In this document: positions 15,001 to 30,000 of the stretch, piece by piece
Layout of the letters: each line of letters opens with the position of its first letter
Position numbering within the stretch: the first letter of the stretch is position 1
Notes under the pieces: generated by a model
Database searches by the model: none
What the model saw: only the letters and a program-made list of their open reading frames with translations
Told to the model about the DNA's origin: nothing
Assembly: GCA_964016885.1 (NCBI GenBank)
Contig: OZ024741.1
Span: 5,084,001 to 5,148,000 of the forward strand
Source of the DNA: Eledone cirrhosa
Lineage: Eukaryota
Length of the DNA: 64,000 nucleotides
Reading direction: 5' to 3'
Translations under genes and position numbers: made by a program

Positions 15001-18000
15001 TTATAGTGTTTAGTGAATGTTAAAACTGTTTAGAAGGTGGGGTATGTTCAAACTGGACAGTTAAGCCTAAATCAGTGTTTAGTGAATGTTAGAACTGTTT
15101 AGAAGGTGGGGGTATGTTGAAACTGGAGAGTTAACCCTAAATTATAGTGTTTAGTGAATGTTAGAACTGTTTAGAAGGTGGGGGATATGTTGAATCTGGA
15201 GAGTTAGCCCTAAATTATAGTGATTAGTGAATGTTAGAACTGTTTAGAAGGTGGGGGGTATGTTGAATCTGGAGAGTTAGCCCTAAATTATAGAGTTTAG
15301 TGAATGTTAGAACTGTTTAGAAGGTGGAGGGTATGTTGAAACTGGACAGTTAACCCTAAATTATAGTGTTTTGTGAATGTTAGAACCGTTTAGAAGGTGG
15401 GGGGTATGTTGAAACTGGAGAGTTAGCCCCAAATGATAGTGTTTAGTGAATGTTAGAACTGTTTAGAATGTGGGTGGGGGGTATGTTGAAACTGGACAGT
15501 TAACCCTAAATTATAGCGTTTAGTGAATGTTAGAACGGTTTAGAAAGTGGGGGTTATGTTGAAACTGGACAGTTAAGCCTAAATTATAGTGTTTAGTGAA
15601 TGGTAAAATTGTTTAGAAGGTGGGGTATGTTGAAACTGGACAGTTAACCCTAAATTATAGTGTTTAGTGAATGGTAAAATTGTTTAGGTGGGGGTATGTT
15701 GAAACTGGAGAGTTAGCCCTAAATTATAGTGTTTAGTGAATGTTAGAACTGTTTAGAAGGTGGGTGGGGGGTATGTTGAAACTGGACAGTTAACCCTAAA
15801 TTATAGTGTTTAGTGAATGTTAAAACTGTTTAGATGGTGGGGGTATGTTGAAACTGGAGAATTAACCCTAAATTATAGTGTTTAGTGAATGTTAGAACTG
15901 TTTAGAAGGTGGGGGGTATGTTGAAACTGGACAGTTAAGCCTAAATTAGTGTTGAGTGAATGTTAAAACTGTTTAGGTGGCGGTATGTTGAAACTGGACA
16001 GTTAGCCCTAAATGATAGTGTTTAGTGAATATTAAAACTGTTTAGAAGGTGGGGGGGTATGTTGAATCTGGAAAGTTAACCCTATATTATAGTGTTTAGT
16101 GAATGGTAAGACTGTTTAGAAGGTGGGGTATGTTGAAACTGGACAGTTAACCCTAAATTATAGTGTTTAGTGAATGTTAGAACTGTTTAGGTGGGGGTAT
16201 GTTGAAACTGGAGAGTTAGCCCTAAATTATAGTGTTTAGTGAATGTTACAACTGTTTAGAAGGTGGGGTATGTTGAAACTGGAGAGTTAACCCTAAATTA
16301 TAGTGTTTAGTTAATTTTAGAACTGTTTAGAAGGTGGGGGTATGTTGAATCTGGAGTTAGCCCTAAATTATAGTGTTTAGTGAGGTTAGAACTGTTTAGA
16401 AGGTGGAGGGTAGGTTGAAACTGGAGAGTTAGCCCTAAATTATAGTGTTTAGTGAATATTAAAACTGTTTAGGTGGGGGTATGTTGAAACTGGAGAGTTA
16501 GCCCTAAATTATAGTGTTTAGTGAATGTTAGAACTGTTTAGAAGGTGGAGGTATGTTGAAACTGGAGAGTTAGCCCTAAATTATAGTGTTTAGTGAATGT
16601 TAAAACTGTTTAGAACGTGGGGTATGTTGAAACTGGACAGTTAAGCCTAAATCAGTGTTTAGTGAATGTTAGAACTGTTTAGAAGGTGGGGGTATGTTGA
16701 AACTGCAGAGTTAGCCCTAAATTATAGTGTTTAGCGAATGTTAGAACTGTTTAGAAGGTGGGGGATATGCTGAATCTGGAGAGTTAGCCCTAAATGATAG
16801 TGTTTAGTGAATGTTAGAACTGTTTAGAAGGAGGGGTATGTTGAAACTGGAGAGTTAGCCCTAAATGATAGTGTTTAGTGAAAGTTAGAACTGTTTAGAA
16901 GGTGGAGGGTATATTGAAACTGGACAGTTAACCCTAAATTATAGTGTTTAGTGATTGTTAGAACCGTTTAGAAGGTGGGGGGGTATGTTGAAACTGGGCA
17001 GTTACCCCTAAATTATAGTGTTTAGTGAATGTTAGAACCGTTTAGAAGGTGGGGGGTATGTTGAAACTGGAGAGTTAGCCCTAAATGGTAGTGTTTAATG
17101 AATGTTAGAACTGTTTAGAAGGTGGGTGGGGTGTATGTTGAAACTGGACAGTTAACCCTAAATTAGTGTTTAGTGAACGTTAGAACGGTTTAGAAAGTGG
17201 GGGTTATGTTGAAACTGGACAGTTAACCCTAAATTATAGTGTTTAGTGAATGTTAGAACTGTTTAGAAGGTGGAGGGTATGTTGAAACTGGAGAATTAGC
17301 CCTAAATTATAGTGTTTAGTGAATGTTAAAACTGTTTAGAAGGTGGGGTATGTTGAAACTGGAGAGTTAACCCTAAATTATAGTTTTTAGTGAATGTTAG
17401 AACTGTTTAGAAGGTGGGGGGTATGTTGAAACTGGACAGTTAACCCTAAATTAAAGTGTTTTTTGAATGTTAGAACTGTTTAGAAGTCGGGTGGAGGGTA
17501 TGTTGAAACTGGACAGTTGACCCTAAATTATAGTGTTTAGTGAATGTTAGAACTGTTTAGAAGGTGGAGGGTATGTTGAAACTGGACAGTTAACCCTAAA
17601 TTATAGTGTTTAGTGAATGTTAGAACTGTTTAGAATGTGGGGGATATGTTGAAACTGAAGAGATAGCCCTAAATTATAGTTTAGTGAATGTTAGAACTGT
17701 TTAGAAGGTGGGGGGTATGTTGAATCTGGAGAGTTAGCCCTAAATTATAGTGTTTAGTGAATGTTAGAACTGTTTAGAAGGTGGAGGGCAATGTTGAAAC
17801 TGGAGAGTTAGCCCTAAATTATAGTGTTTAGTGAATGTTAGAACTGTTTAGAAGGTGGGAGTATGTTGAAACTGGAGAGTTAGCCCTAAATGATAGTGTT
17901 TAGTGAATGTTAGAACTGTTTAGAAGATGGGGTATGTTGAAACTGGAGAGTTAGCCCTAAATGATAGTGTTTAGTGAATGTTAGAACTGTTTAGAAGGTA

Positions 18001-21000
18001 GGTGGGGGGTATGTTGAAACTGGACAGTTAACCCTAAATTAGTGTTTAGTGAACGTTAGAACGGTTTAGAAAGTGGGGGTTATGTTGAAACTGGACAGTT
18101 AAGCCTAAATTATAGTGTTTAGTGAATGTTAGAACGGTTTTGACAATGTGGGGGTTATGTTGAAACTGGACAGTTACCCCTAAATTATAGTGTTTAGTTA
18201 ATGTTAGAACTGTTTAGAAGGTGGGGTATGTTGAAACTGGACAGTTAACCCTAAATTATAGTGTTTGGTGAATATTAAACTGTTTAGAAGGTGGGGGTAT
18301 GTTGAAACTGGACAGTTATCCTTAAATTATAGTGTTTAGTGAATGTGAGACTGTTTAGAAGTTGGGTGGAGGGTATGTTGAAACTGGACAGTTAACCCTA
18401 AATTATAGTGTTTAGTGAATGTTAGAACCGTTTAGAAGGTGCGGGGTATGCTGAATCTGGAGAGTTAGCCTTAAATTATAGTGTTTAGTGAATGTTAGAA
18501 CTGTTTAGGTGGGGGTATGTTGAAACTGGAGAGTTAGCCCTAAATTATAGTGTTTAGTGAATGTTACAACTGTTTAGAAGGTGGGGTATGTTGAAACTGG
18601 AGAGTTAGCCCTAAATGATAGTGTTTAGTGAATGTCAGAACTGTTTAGAAGGTGGGGGTATGTTGAATCTGGAGTTAGCCCTAAATTATAGTGTTTAGTG
18701 AGGTTAGAACTGTTTAGAAGGTGGAGGGTAGGTTGAAACTGGAGAGTTAGCCCTAAATTATAGTGTTTAGTGAATATTAAAACTGTTTAGGTGGGGGTAT
18801 GTTGAAACTGGAGAGTTAGCCCTAAATTATAGTGTTTAGTGAATGTTAGAACTGTTTAGAAGGTGGGGGTATGTTGAAACTGGAGAGTTAGCCCTAAATT
18901 ATAGTGTTTAGTGAATGTTAAAACTGTTTAGAACGTGGGGTATGTTGAAACTGGACAGTTAAGCCTAAATCAGTGTTTAGTGAATGTTAGAACTGTTTAG
19001 AAGGTGGGGGTATGTTGAAACTGGAGAGTTAGCCCTAAATTATAGTGTTTAGTGAATGTTAGAACTGTTTAGAAGGTGGGGGATATGCCGAATCTGGAGA
19101 GTTAGCCCTAAATGATAGTGTTTAGTGAATGTCAGAACTGTTTAGAAGGAGGGGTATGTTGAAACTGGAGAGTTAGCCCTAAATGATAGTGTTTAGTGAA
19201 TGTTAGAACTGTTTAGAAGGTGGAGGGTATATTGAAACTGGACAGTTACCCCTAAATTATAGTATTTAGTGATTGTTAGAACCGTTTAGAAGGTGGGGGG
19301 GTATGTTGAAACTGGGCAGTTAACCCTAAATTATAGTGTTTAGTGAATGTTAGAACCGTTTAGAAGGTGGGGGTTATGTTGAAACTGGAGAGTTAGCCCT
19401 AAATGATAGTGTTTAATGAATGTTAGAACTGTTTAGAAGGTGGGTGGGGGGTATGTTGAAACTGGACAGTTAACCCTAAATTAGTGTTTAGTGAACGTTA
19501 GAACGGTTTAGAAAGTGGGAGTTATGTTGAAACTGAACAGTTAAGCCTAAATTACAGTGTTTAGTGAATGTTAGAACTGTTTAGAAGGTGGAGGGTATGT
19601 TGAAACTTGAGAGTTAGCCCTAAATTATAGTGTTTAGTGAATATTAACACTGTTTAGGTGGGGCGTATGTTGAATCTGGAAAGTTAATCCTAAATTAGTG
19701 GTTAGTGAATGGTAAAATTGTTTAGAAGGTGGGGTATGTTGAAACTGGAGAGTCAACCCTAAATTATGGTGTTTAGTGAATGTCTGAACTGTTTAGGTGG
19801 GGGTATGTTGAAACTGGAGAGTTAGCCCTAAATTATAGTGTTTAGTGAATGTTAGAACTGTTTAGAAGTTGGGTGGGGGGTATGTTGAAACTGGACAGTT
19901 AACCCTAAATTATAGTGTTTAGTGAATGTTAGAACTGTTTAGAATGTGGGGGTATGTTGAAACTGGACAGTTAACCCTAAATTATAGTGTTTGGTGAATG
20001 TTAAACTGTTTAGAAGGTGGGGGTATGTTGAAACTGGACAGTTATCCTTAAATTATAGTGTTTAGTGAATGTGAGACTGTTTAGAAGTTGGGTGGAGGGT
20101 ATGTTGAAACTGGACAGTTAACCCTAAATTATAGTGTTTAGTGAATGTTAGAACCGTTTAGAAGGTGCGGGGTATGCTGAATCTGGAGAGTTAGCCTTAA
20201 ATTATAGTGTTTAGTGAATGTTAGAACTGTTTAGGTGGGGGTATGTTGAAACTGGAGAGTTAGCCCTAAATTATAGTGTTTAGTGAATGTTACAACTGTT
20301 TAGAAGGTGGGGTATGTTGAAACTGGAGAGTTAACCCTAAATTATAGTGTTTAGTTAATTTTAGAACTGTTTAGAAGGTGGGGGTATGTTGAATCTGGAG
20401 TTTGCCCTAAATTATAGTGTTTAGTGAGGTTAGAACTGTTTAGAAGGTGGAGGGTAGGTTGAAACTGGAGAGTTAGCCCTAAATGATAGTGTTTAGTGAA
20501 TGTTAGAACTGTTTAGAAGGTGGGTGGGGGGTATGTTGAAACTGGGCAATCAACCCTAAATTATAGTGTTTAGTGAATGTTAGAACCGTTTAGAAGGTGG
20601 GGGGTTATGTTGAAACTGGAGTTAGCCCTAAATGATAGTGTTTAGTGAATGTTAGAACTGTTTAGAAGGTGGGTGGGGGGTATGTTGAAACTGGACAGTT
20701 AACCCTAAATTATAGTGTTTAGTGAATGTTAGAACGGTTTAGAAAGTGGGGGTTATGTTGAAACTGGACAGTTAACCCTAAATTATAGTGTTTAGTGAAT
20801 GTTAGAACTGTTTAGAAGGTGGAGGGTATGTTGAAACTGGAGAGTTAGCCCTAAATTATAGTGTTTAGTGAATGTTAAAACTGTTTAGAAGGTGGGGTAT
20901 GTTGAAACTGGAGAGTTAACCCTAAATTATAGTTTTTAGTGAATGTTAGAACTGTTTAGAAGGTGGGGGGTATGTTGAAACTGGACAGTTAACCCTAAAT

Positions 21001-24000
21001 TATAGTGTTTAGTGAATGTTAGAACGGTTTAGAAAGTGGGAGTTATGTTGGGAACTAGAGAGTTAGCCCTAAATTATAGTGTTTAGTGAATGTTAAAACT
21101 GTTTAGAAGGTGGGGTATGTTGAAACTGGACAGTTAAGCCTAAATTATAGTGTTTAGTGAATGTTAGAACTGTTTAGGTGGGGGGTATGTTGAAACTGGA
21201 GAGTTAACCCTAAATTATAGTGTTTAGTGAATGTTAGAACTGTTTAGAAGTTGGGTGGGGGGTATGTTGAAACTGGACAGTTGTCCCTAAATTATAGTGT
21301 TTAGTGAATGTTAGAACTGTTTAGAAGGTGGGGGTATGTTGAAACTGGACAGTTAACCCTAAATTATAGTGTTTGGTGAATATTAAACTGTTTAGAAGGT
21401 GGGGGTATGTTGAAACTGGACAGTTATCCTTAAATTATAGTGTTTAGTGAATGTGAGACTGTTTAGAAGTTGGGTGGAGGGTATGTTGAAACTGGACAGT
21501 TAACCCTAAATTATAGTGTTTAGTGAATGTTAGAACCGTTTAGAAGGTGCGGGGTATGCTGAATCTGGAGAGTTAGCCTTAAATTATAGTGTTTAGTGAA
21601 TGTTAGAACTGTTTAGGTGGGGGTATGTTGAAACTGGAGAGTTAGCCCTAAATTATAGTGTTTAGTGAATGTTACAACTGTTTAGAAGGTGGGGTATGTT
21701 GAAACTGGAGAGTTAACCCTAAATTATAGTGTTTAGTGAATGTTAGAACTGTTTAGAAGGTGGGGGATATGTTGAATCTGGAGAGTTAGCCCTAAATTAT
21801 AGTGTTTAGTGAATGTTAGAACTGTTTAGAAGGTGGGGGTATGTTGAATCTGGAGAGTTAGCCCTAAATTATAGTGTTTAGTGAATGTTAGAACTGTTTA
21901 GAAGGTGGAGGGTATGTTGAAACTGGAGAGTTAGCCCTAAATTATAGTGTTTAGTGAATGTTATGACTCTTTAGAAGGTGGGGGTATGTTGAAACTGGAG
22001 AGTTAGCCCTAAATGATAGTGTTTAGTGAATGTTAGAACTATTTAGAAGGTGGGTGGGGGGTATGTTGAAACTGGACAGTTAACCCTAAATTATAGTGTT
22101 TAGTGATTGTTAGAACCGTTTAGAAGGTGGGGGGGGGTATGTTGTAACTGGGCAGTTAACCCAAAATTATAGTGTTTAGTGAATGTTAGAACCGTTTAGA
22201 AGGTGGGGGGGTATGTTAAAACTGGAGAGTTAGCCCTAAATGATAGTGTTTAATGAATGTTAGAACTGTTTAGAAGGTGGGTGGGGGGTATGTTGAAACT
22301 GGACAGTTAACCCTAAATTATAGTGTTTAGTGAATGTTAGAACGGTTTAGAAAGTGGGGGTTATGTTGAAACTGGACAGTTAACCCTAAATTATAGTGTT
22401 TAGTGAATGGTAGAACTGTTTAGAAGTCGGGTGGAGGGTATGTTGAAACTGGAGAATTAGCCCTAAATTATAGTGTTTAGTGAATGTTAAAACTGTTTAG
22501 AAGGTGGGGTATGTTGAAACTGGAGAGTTAACTCTAAATTATAGTTTTTAGTGAATGTTAGAACTGTTTAGAAGGTGGGGGGTATGTTGAAACTGGGCAG
22601 TTAACCCTAAATTAAAGTGTTTTTTGAATGTTAGAACTGTTTAGAAGTCGGGTGGAGGGTATGTTGAAACTGGACAGTTGACCCTAAATTATAGTGTTTA
22701 GTGAATGTTAGAACTGTTTAGAAGGTGGAGGGTATGTTGAAACTGGACAGTTAACCCTAAATTATAGTGTTTAGTGAATGTTAGAACTGTTTAGAATGTG
22801 GGGGGGATGTTGAAACTGAAGAGATAGCCCTAAATTATAGTTTAGTGAATGTTAGAACTGTTTAGAAGGTGGGGGGTATGTTGAATCTGGAGAGTTAGCC
22901 CTAAATTATAGTGTTTAGTGAATGTTAGAACTGTTTAGAAGGTGGAGGGCAATGTTGAAACTGGAGAGTTAGCCCTAAATTATAGTGTTTAGTGAATGTT
23001 AGAACTGTTTAGAAGGTGGGAGTATGTTGAAACTGGAGAGTTAGCCCTAAATGATAGTGTTTAGTGAATGTTAGAACTGTTTAGAAGATGGGTGGGGGGT
23101 ATGTTGAAACTGGACAGTTAACCCTAAATTATAGTGTTTTTTGAATGTTAGAACTGTTTAGAAGTCGGGTGGAGGGTATGTTGAAACTGGACAGTTAACC
23201 CTAAATTATAGTGTTTGGTGAATGTTAAACTGTTTAGAACGTGGGGGTATGTTGAAACTGGACAGTTAACCCTAAATTATAGTGTTTAGTGAATGTTAGA
23301 ACCGTTTAGAAGGTGGTGGGGTATGTTGAATCTGGAGAGTTATCCCTAAATTATAGTGTTTAGTGAATGTTAGAACTGTTTAGAAGGTGGAGGGTATGTT
23401 GAAACTGGAGAGTTAGCCCTAAATGATAGTGTTTAGTGAATGTTAGAACTGTTTAGATGGTGGGGTATGTTGAAACTGGAGAGTTAGCCCTAAATGATAG
23501 TGTTTAGTGAATGTTAGAACTGTTTAGAAGGTGGGGGGTATGTTGAAACTGGGCAGTTAACCCTAAATTAAAGTGTTTTTTGAATGTTAGAACTGTTTAG
23601 AAGTCGGGTGGAGGGTATGTTGAAACTGGACAGTTGACCCTAAATTAGTGTTTAGTGAACGTTAGAACGGTTTAGAAAGTGGGGGTTATGTTGAAACTGG
23701 ACAGTTAAGCCTAAATTATAGTGTTTAGTGAATGTTAGAACTGTTTAGAAGGTGGAGGGTATGTTGAAACTTGAGAGTTAGCCCTAAATTATAGTGTTTA
23801 GTGAATATTAACACTGTTTAGGTGGGGCGTATGTTGAAACTGGAGAGTTAGCCCTAAATGATAGTGTTTAGTGAATGTTAGAACTGTTTAGAAGGTGGGT
23901 GGGGTGTATGTTGAAACTGGGCAGTTAACATTAATTTTATAGTGTTTAGTGAATGTTAGAACCGTTTAGAAGGTGGGGGGGTATGTTGAAACTGGAGTTA

Positions 24001-27000
24001 GCCCTAAATGATAGTGTTTAGTGAATGTTAGAACTGTTTAACAGGTGGGTGGGGGGTATGTTGAAACTGGACAGTTAACCCTAAATTATAGTGTTTAGTG
24101 AATGTTAGAACGGTTTAGAAAGTGGGGGTTATGTTGAAACTGGACAGTTAACCCTAAATTATAGTGTTTAGTGAATGTTAGAACTGTTTAGAAGGTGGAG
24201 GGTATGTTGAAACTGGAGAGTTAGCCCTAAATTATAGTGTTTAGTGAATGTTAAAACTGTTTAGAAGGTGGGGTATGTTGAAACTGGAGAGTTAACCCTA
24301 AATTATAGTTTTTAGTGAATGTTAGAACTGTTTAGAAGGTGGGGGTATGTTGAAACTGGAAAGTTAACCCTAAATTATAGTGTTTAGTGAATGTTAGAAC
24401 GGTTTAGAAAGTGGGAGTTATGTTGAAACTAGAGAGTTAGCCCTAAATTATAGTGTTTAGTGAATGTTAAAACTGTTTAGAAGGTGGGGTATGTTGAAAC
24501 TGGACAGTTAAGCCCAAATTATAGTGTTTAGTGAATGTTAGAACTGTTTAGGTGGGGGGTATGTTGAAACTGGAGAGTTAACCCTAAATTATAGTGTTTA
24601 GTGAATGTTAGAACTGTTTAGAAGTTGGGTGGGGGGTATGTTGAAACTGGACAGTTGTCCCTAAATTATAGTGTTTAGTGAATGTTAGAACGGTTTTGAC
24701 AATGTGGGGGTTATGTTGAAACTGGACAGTTACCCCTAAATTATAGTGTTTAGTGAATGTTAGAACTGTTTAGAAGGTGGAGGGTATGTTGAAACTGGAG
24801 AGTTAGCCCTAAATTATAGTGTTTAGTGAATATTATAACTGTTTAGGTGGGGGTATGTTGAAACTGGAGAGTTAGCCCTAAATTATAGTGTTTAGTGAAT
24901 GTTAGAACTGTTTAGAAGGTGGGGGTATGTTGAAACTGGAGAGTTAGCCCTAAATTATAGTGTTTAGTGAATGTTAAAACTGTTTAGAAGGTGGGGTATG
25001 TTCAAACTGGACAGTTAAGCCTAAATCAGTGTTTAGTGAATGTTAGAACTGTTTAGAAGGTGGGGGTATGTTGAAACTGGAGAGTTAACCCTAAATTATA
25101 GTGTTTAGTGAATGTTAGAACTGTTTAGAAGGTGGGGGATATGTTGAATCTGGAGAGTTAGCCCTAAATTATAGTGATTAGTGAATGTTAGAACTGTTTA
25201 GAAGGTGGGGGATATGTTGAATCTGGAGAGTTAGCCCTAAATTATAGTGATTAGTGAATGTTAGAACTGTTTAGAAGGTGGAGGGTATGTTGAAACTGGA
25301 CAGTTAACCCTAAATTATAGTGTTTAGTGAATGTTAGAACTGTTTAGAAGGTGGGAGTATGTTGAAACTGGAGAGTTAGCCCTAAATGATAGTGTTTAGT
25401 GAATGTTAGAACTGTTTAGAAGATGGGTGGGGGGTATGTTGAAACTGGACAGTTAACCCTAAATTATAGTGTTTTTTGAATGTTAGAACTGTTTAGAAGT
25501 CGGGTGGAGGGTATGTTGAAACTGGACAGTTAACCCTAAATTATAGTGTTTGGTGAATGTTAAACTGTTTAGAACGTGGGGGTATGTTGAAACTGGACAG
25601 TTAACCCTAAATTATAGTGTTTAGTGAATGTTAGAACCGTTTAGAAGGTGGTGGGGTATGTTGAATCTGGAGAGTTATCCCTAAATTATAGTGTTTAGTG
25701 AATGTTAGAACTGTTTAGAAGGTGGAGGGTATGTTGAAACTGGAGAGTTAGCCCTAAATGATAGTGTTTAGTGAATGTTAGAACTGTTTAGATGGTGGGG
25801 TGTTGAAACTGGAGAGTTAGCCCTAAATGATAGTGTTTAGTGAATGTTAGAACTGTTTAGAAGGTGGGTGGGGGGTATGTTGAAACTGGACAGTTAACCC
25901 TAAATTAGTGTTTAGTGAACGTTAGAACGGTTTAGAAAGTGGGGGTTATGTTGAAACTGGACAGTTAAGCCTAAATTATAGTGTTTAGTGAATGTTAGAA
26001 CTGTTTAGAAGGTGGAGGGTATGTTGAAACTTGAGAGTTAGCCCTAAATTATAGTGTTTAGTGAATATTAACACTGTTTAGGTGGGGCGTATGTTGAAAC
26101 TGGAGAGTTAGCCCTAAATGATAGTGTTTAGTGAATGTTAGAACTGTTTAGAAGGTGGGTGGGGTGTATGTTGAAACTGGGCAGTTAACATTAATTTTAT
26201 AGTGTTTAGTGAATGTTAGAACCGTTTAGAAGGTGGGGGGGTATGTTGAAACTGGAGTTAGCCCTAAATGATAGTGTTTAGTGAATGTTAGAACTGTTTA
26301 ACAGGTGGGTGGGGGGTATGTTGAAACTGGACAGTTAACCCTAAATTATAGTGTTTAGTGAATGTTAGAACGGTTTAGAAAGTGGGGGTTATGTTGAAAC
26401 TGGACAGTTAACCCTAAATTATAGTGTTTAGTGAATGTTAGAACTGTTTAGAAGGTGGAGGGTAGGTTGAAACTGGAGAGTTAGCCCTAAATTATAGTGT
26501 TTAGTGAATGTTAAAACTGTTTAGAAGGTGGGGTATGTTGAAACTGGAGAGTTAACCCTAAATTATAGTTTTTAGTGAATGTTAGAACTGTTTAGAAGGT
26601 GGGGGGTATGTTGAAACTGGACAGTTAACCCTAAATTATAGTGTTTAGTGAATGTTAGAACGGTTTAGAAAGTGGGAGTTATGTTGAAACTAGAGAGTTA
26701 GCCCTAAATTATAGTGTTTAGTGAATGTTAAAACTGTTTAGAAGGTGGGGTATGTTGAAACTGGACAGTTAAGCCCAAATTATAGTGTTTAGTGAATGTT
26801 AGAACTGTTTAGGTGGGGGGTATGTTGAAACTGGAGAGTTAACCCTAAATTATAGTGTTTAGTGAATGTTAGAACTGTTTAGAAGTTGGGTGGGGGGTAT
26901 GTTGAAACTGGACAGTTGTCCCTAAATTATAGTGTTTAGTGAATGTTAGAACGGTTTTGACAATGTGGGGGTTATGTTGAAACTGGACAGTTACCCCTAA

Positions 27001-30000
27001 ATTATAGTGTTTAGTGAATGTTAGAACTGTTTAGAAGGTGGAGGGTATGTTGAAACTGGAGAGTTAGCCCTAAATTATAGTGTTTAGTGAATATTATAAC
27101 TGTTTAGGTGGGGGTATGTTGAAACTGGAGAGTTAGCCCTAAATTATAGTGTTTAGTGAATGTTAGAACTGTTTAGAAGGTGGGGGTATGTTGAAACTGG
27201 AGAGTTAGCCCTAAATTATAGTGTTTAGTGAATGTTAAAACTGTTTAGAAGGTGGGGTATGTTGAAACTGGACAGTTAAGCCTAAATCAGTGTTTAGTGA
27301 ATGTTAGAACTGTTTAGAAGGTGGGGGTATGTTGAAACTGGAGAGTTAACCCTAAATTATAGTGTTTAGTGAATGTTAGAACTGTTTAGAAGGTGGGGGA
27401 TATGTTGAATCTGGAGAGTTAGCCCTAAATTATAGTGATTAGTGAATGTTAGAACTGTTTAGAAGGTGGGGGGTATGTTGAATCTGGAGAGTTAGCCCTA
27501 AATTATAGAGTTTAGTGAATGTTAGAACTGTTTAGAAGGTGGAGGGTATGTTGAAACTGGACAGTTAACCCTAAATTATAGTGTTTTGTGAATGTTAGAA
27601 CCGTTTAGAAGGTGGGGGGTATGTTGAAACTGGAGAGTTAGCCCCAAATGATAGTGTTTAGTGAATGTTAGAACTGTTTAGAATGTGGGTGGGGGGTATG
27701 TTGAAACTGGACAGTTAACCCTAAATTATAGCGTTTAGTGAATGTTAGAACGGTTTAGAAAGTGGGGGTTATGTTGAAACTGGACAGTTAAGCCTAAATT
27801 ATAGTGTTTAGTGAATGGTAAAATTGTTTAGAAGGTGGGGTATGTTGAAACTGGACAGTTAACCCTAAATTATAGTGTTTAGTGAATGGTAAAATTGTTT
27901 AGGTGGGGGTATGTTGAAACTGGAGAGTTAGCCCTAAATTATAGTGTTTAGTGAATGTTAGAACTGTTTAGAAGGTGGGTGGGGGGTATGTTGAAACTGG
28001 ACAGTTAACCCTAAATTATAGTGTTTAGTGAATGTTAAAACTGTTTAGATGGTGGGGGTATGTTGAAACTGGAGAATTAACCCTAAATTATAGTGTTTAG
28101 TGAATGTTAGAACTGTTTAGAAGGTGGGGGGTATGTTGAAACTGGACAGTTAAGCCTAAATTAGTGTTGAGTGAATGTTAAAACTGTTTAGGTGGCGGTA
28201 TGTTGAAACTGGACAGTTAGCCCTAAATGATAGTGTTTAGTGAATATTAAAACTGTTTAGAAGGTGGGGGGGTATGTTGAATCTGGAAAGTTAACCCTAT
28301 ATTATAGTGTTTAGTGAATGGTAAGACTGTTTAGAAGGTGGGGTATGTTGAAACTGGACAGTTAACCCTAAATTATAGTGTTTAGTGAATGTTAGAACTG
28401 TTTAGGTGGGGGTATGTTGAAACTGGAGAGTTAGCCCTATATTATAGTGTTTAGTGAATGTTAGAACTGTTTAGAAGGTGGGGTTTATGTTGAAACTGGA
28501 GAGTTAGCCCTAAATTATAGTGTTTAGAGAATGTTAGAACTGTTTAGAAGGTGGGGCTATGTTGAAACTGGAGAGTTAGCCCTAAATTATAGTGTTTAGT
28601 GAATGTTAGAACTGTTTAGAAGGTGGCGAGTATGTTGAAACTGGAGAGTTAGCCCTATATTATAGTGTTTAGTGAATGTTAAAACTGTTTAGAAGGTGGG
28701 GGTATGTTGAAACTGGAGAGTTAGCCCTATATTATAGTGTTTAGTGAATGTTAAAACTGTTTAGAAGGTGGGGCTATGTTGAAACTGGAGAGTTAGCCCT
28801 ATATTATAGTGTTTAGTGAATGTTAAAACTGTTTAGAAGGTGGGGGTATGTTGAAACTGGAGAGTTAGCCCTATATTATAGTGTTTAGTGAATGTTAAAA
28901 CTGTTTAGAAGGTGGGGGTATGTTGAAACTGGACAGTTAACCCTAAATTATAGTGTTTAGTGAATGTTAGAACTGTTTAGAAGGTGGGGGGTATGTTGAA
29001 TCTGGAGAGTTAGCCCTAAATTATAGTGTTTAGTGAATGTTAGAACTGTTTAGAAGGTGGAGGGTATGTTGAAACTGGACAGTTAAGCCTAAATCAGTGT
29101 TTAGTGAATGTTAGAACTGTTTAGAAGGTGGGGGTATGTTGAAACTGGAGAGTTAACCCTAAATTATAGTGTTTAGTGAATGTTAGAACTGTTTAGAAGG
29201 TGGGGGATATGTTGAATCTGGAGAGTTAGCCCTAAATTATAGTGTTTAGTGAATGTTAGAACTGTTTAGAAGGTGGGGGGTATGTTGAATCTGGAGAGTT
29301 AGGCCTAAATTATTGTGTTTAGTGAATGTTAGAACTGTTTAGAAGGTGGAGGGTATGTTGAAACTGGAGAGTTAGCCCTAAATGATAGTGTTTAGTGAAT
29401 GTTAGAACTGTTTAGAAGATGGGTGGGGGGTATGTTGAAACTGGACAGTTAACCCTAAATTATAGCGTTTAGTGAATGTTAGAACGGTTTAGAAAGTGGG
29501 GGTTATGTTGAAACTGGACAGTTAACCCTAAATTATAGTGTTTAGTGAATGGTAAAATTGTTTAGAAGGTGGGGTATGTTGAAACTGGACAGTTAACCCT
29601 AAATTATAGTGTTTAGTGAATGGTAAAATTGTTTAGAAGGTGGGGTATGTTGAAACTGGACAGTTAACCCTAAATTATAGTGTTTAGTGAATATTAAAAC
29701 TGTTTAGAAGGTGGGGGTATGTTGAAACTGGAGAGTTAGCCCTAAATTATAGTGTTTAGTGAATGTTAGAACTGTTTAGAAGGTGGGTGGGGGGTATGTT
29801 GAAACTGGACAGTTAACCCTAAATTATAGTGTTTAGTGAATGTTAAAACTGTTTAGATGGTGGGGGTATGTTGAAACTGGACAGTTAAGCCTAAATTATA
29901 GTGTTTAGTGAATGGTAAAATTGTTTAGAAGGTGGGGTATGTTGAAACTGGACAGTTAACCCTAAATTATAGTGTTTAGTGAATGGTAAAATTGTTTAGA

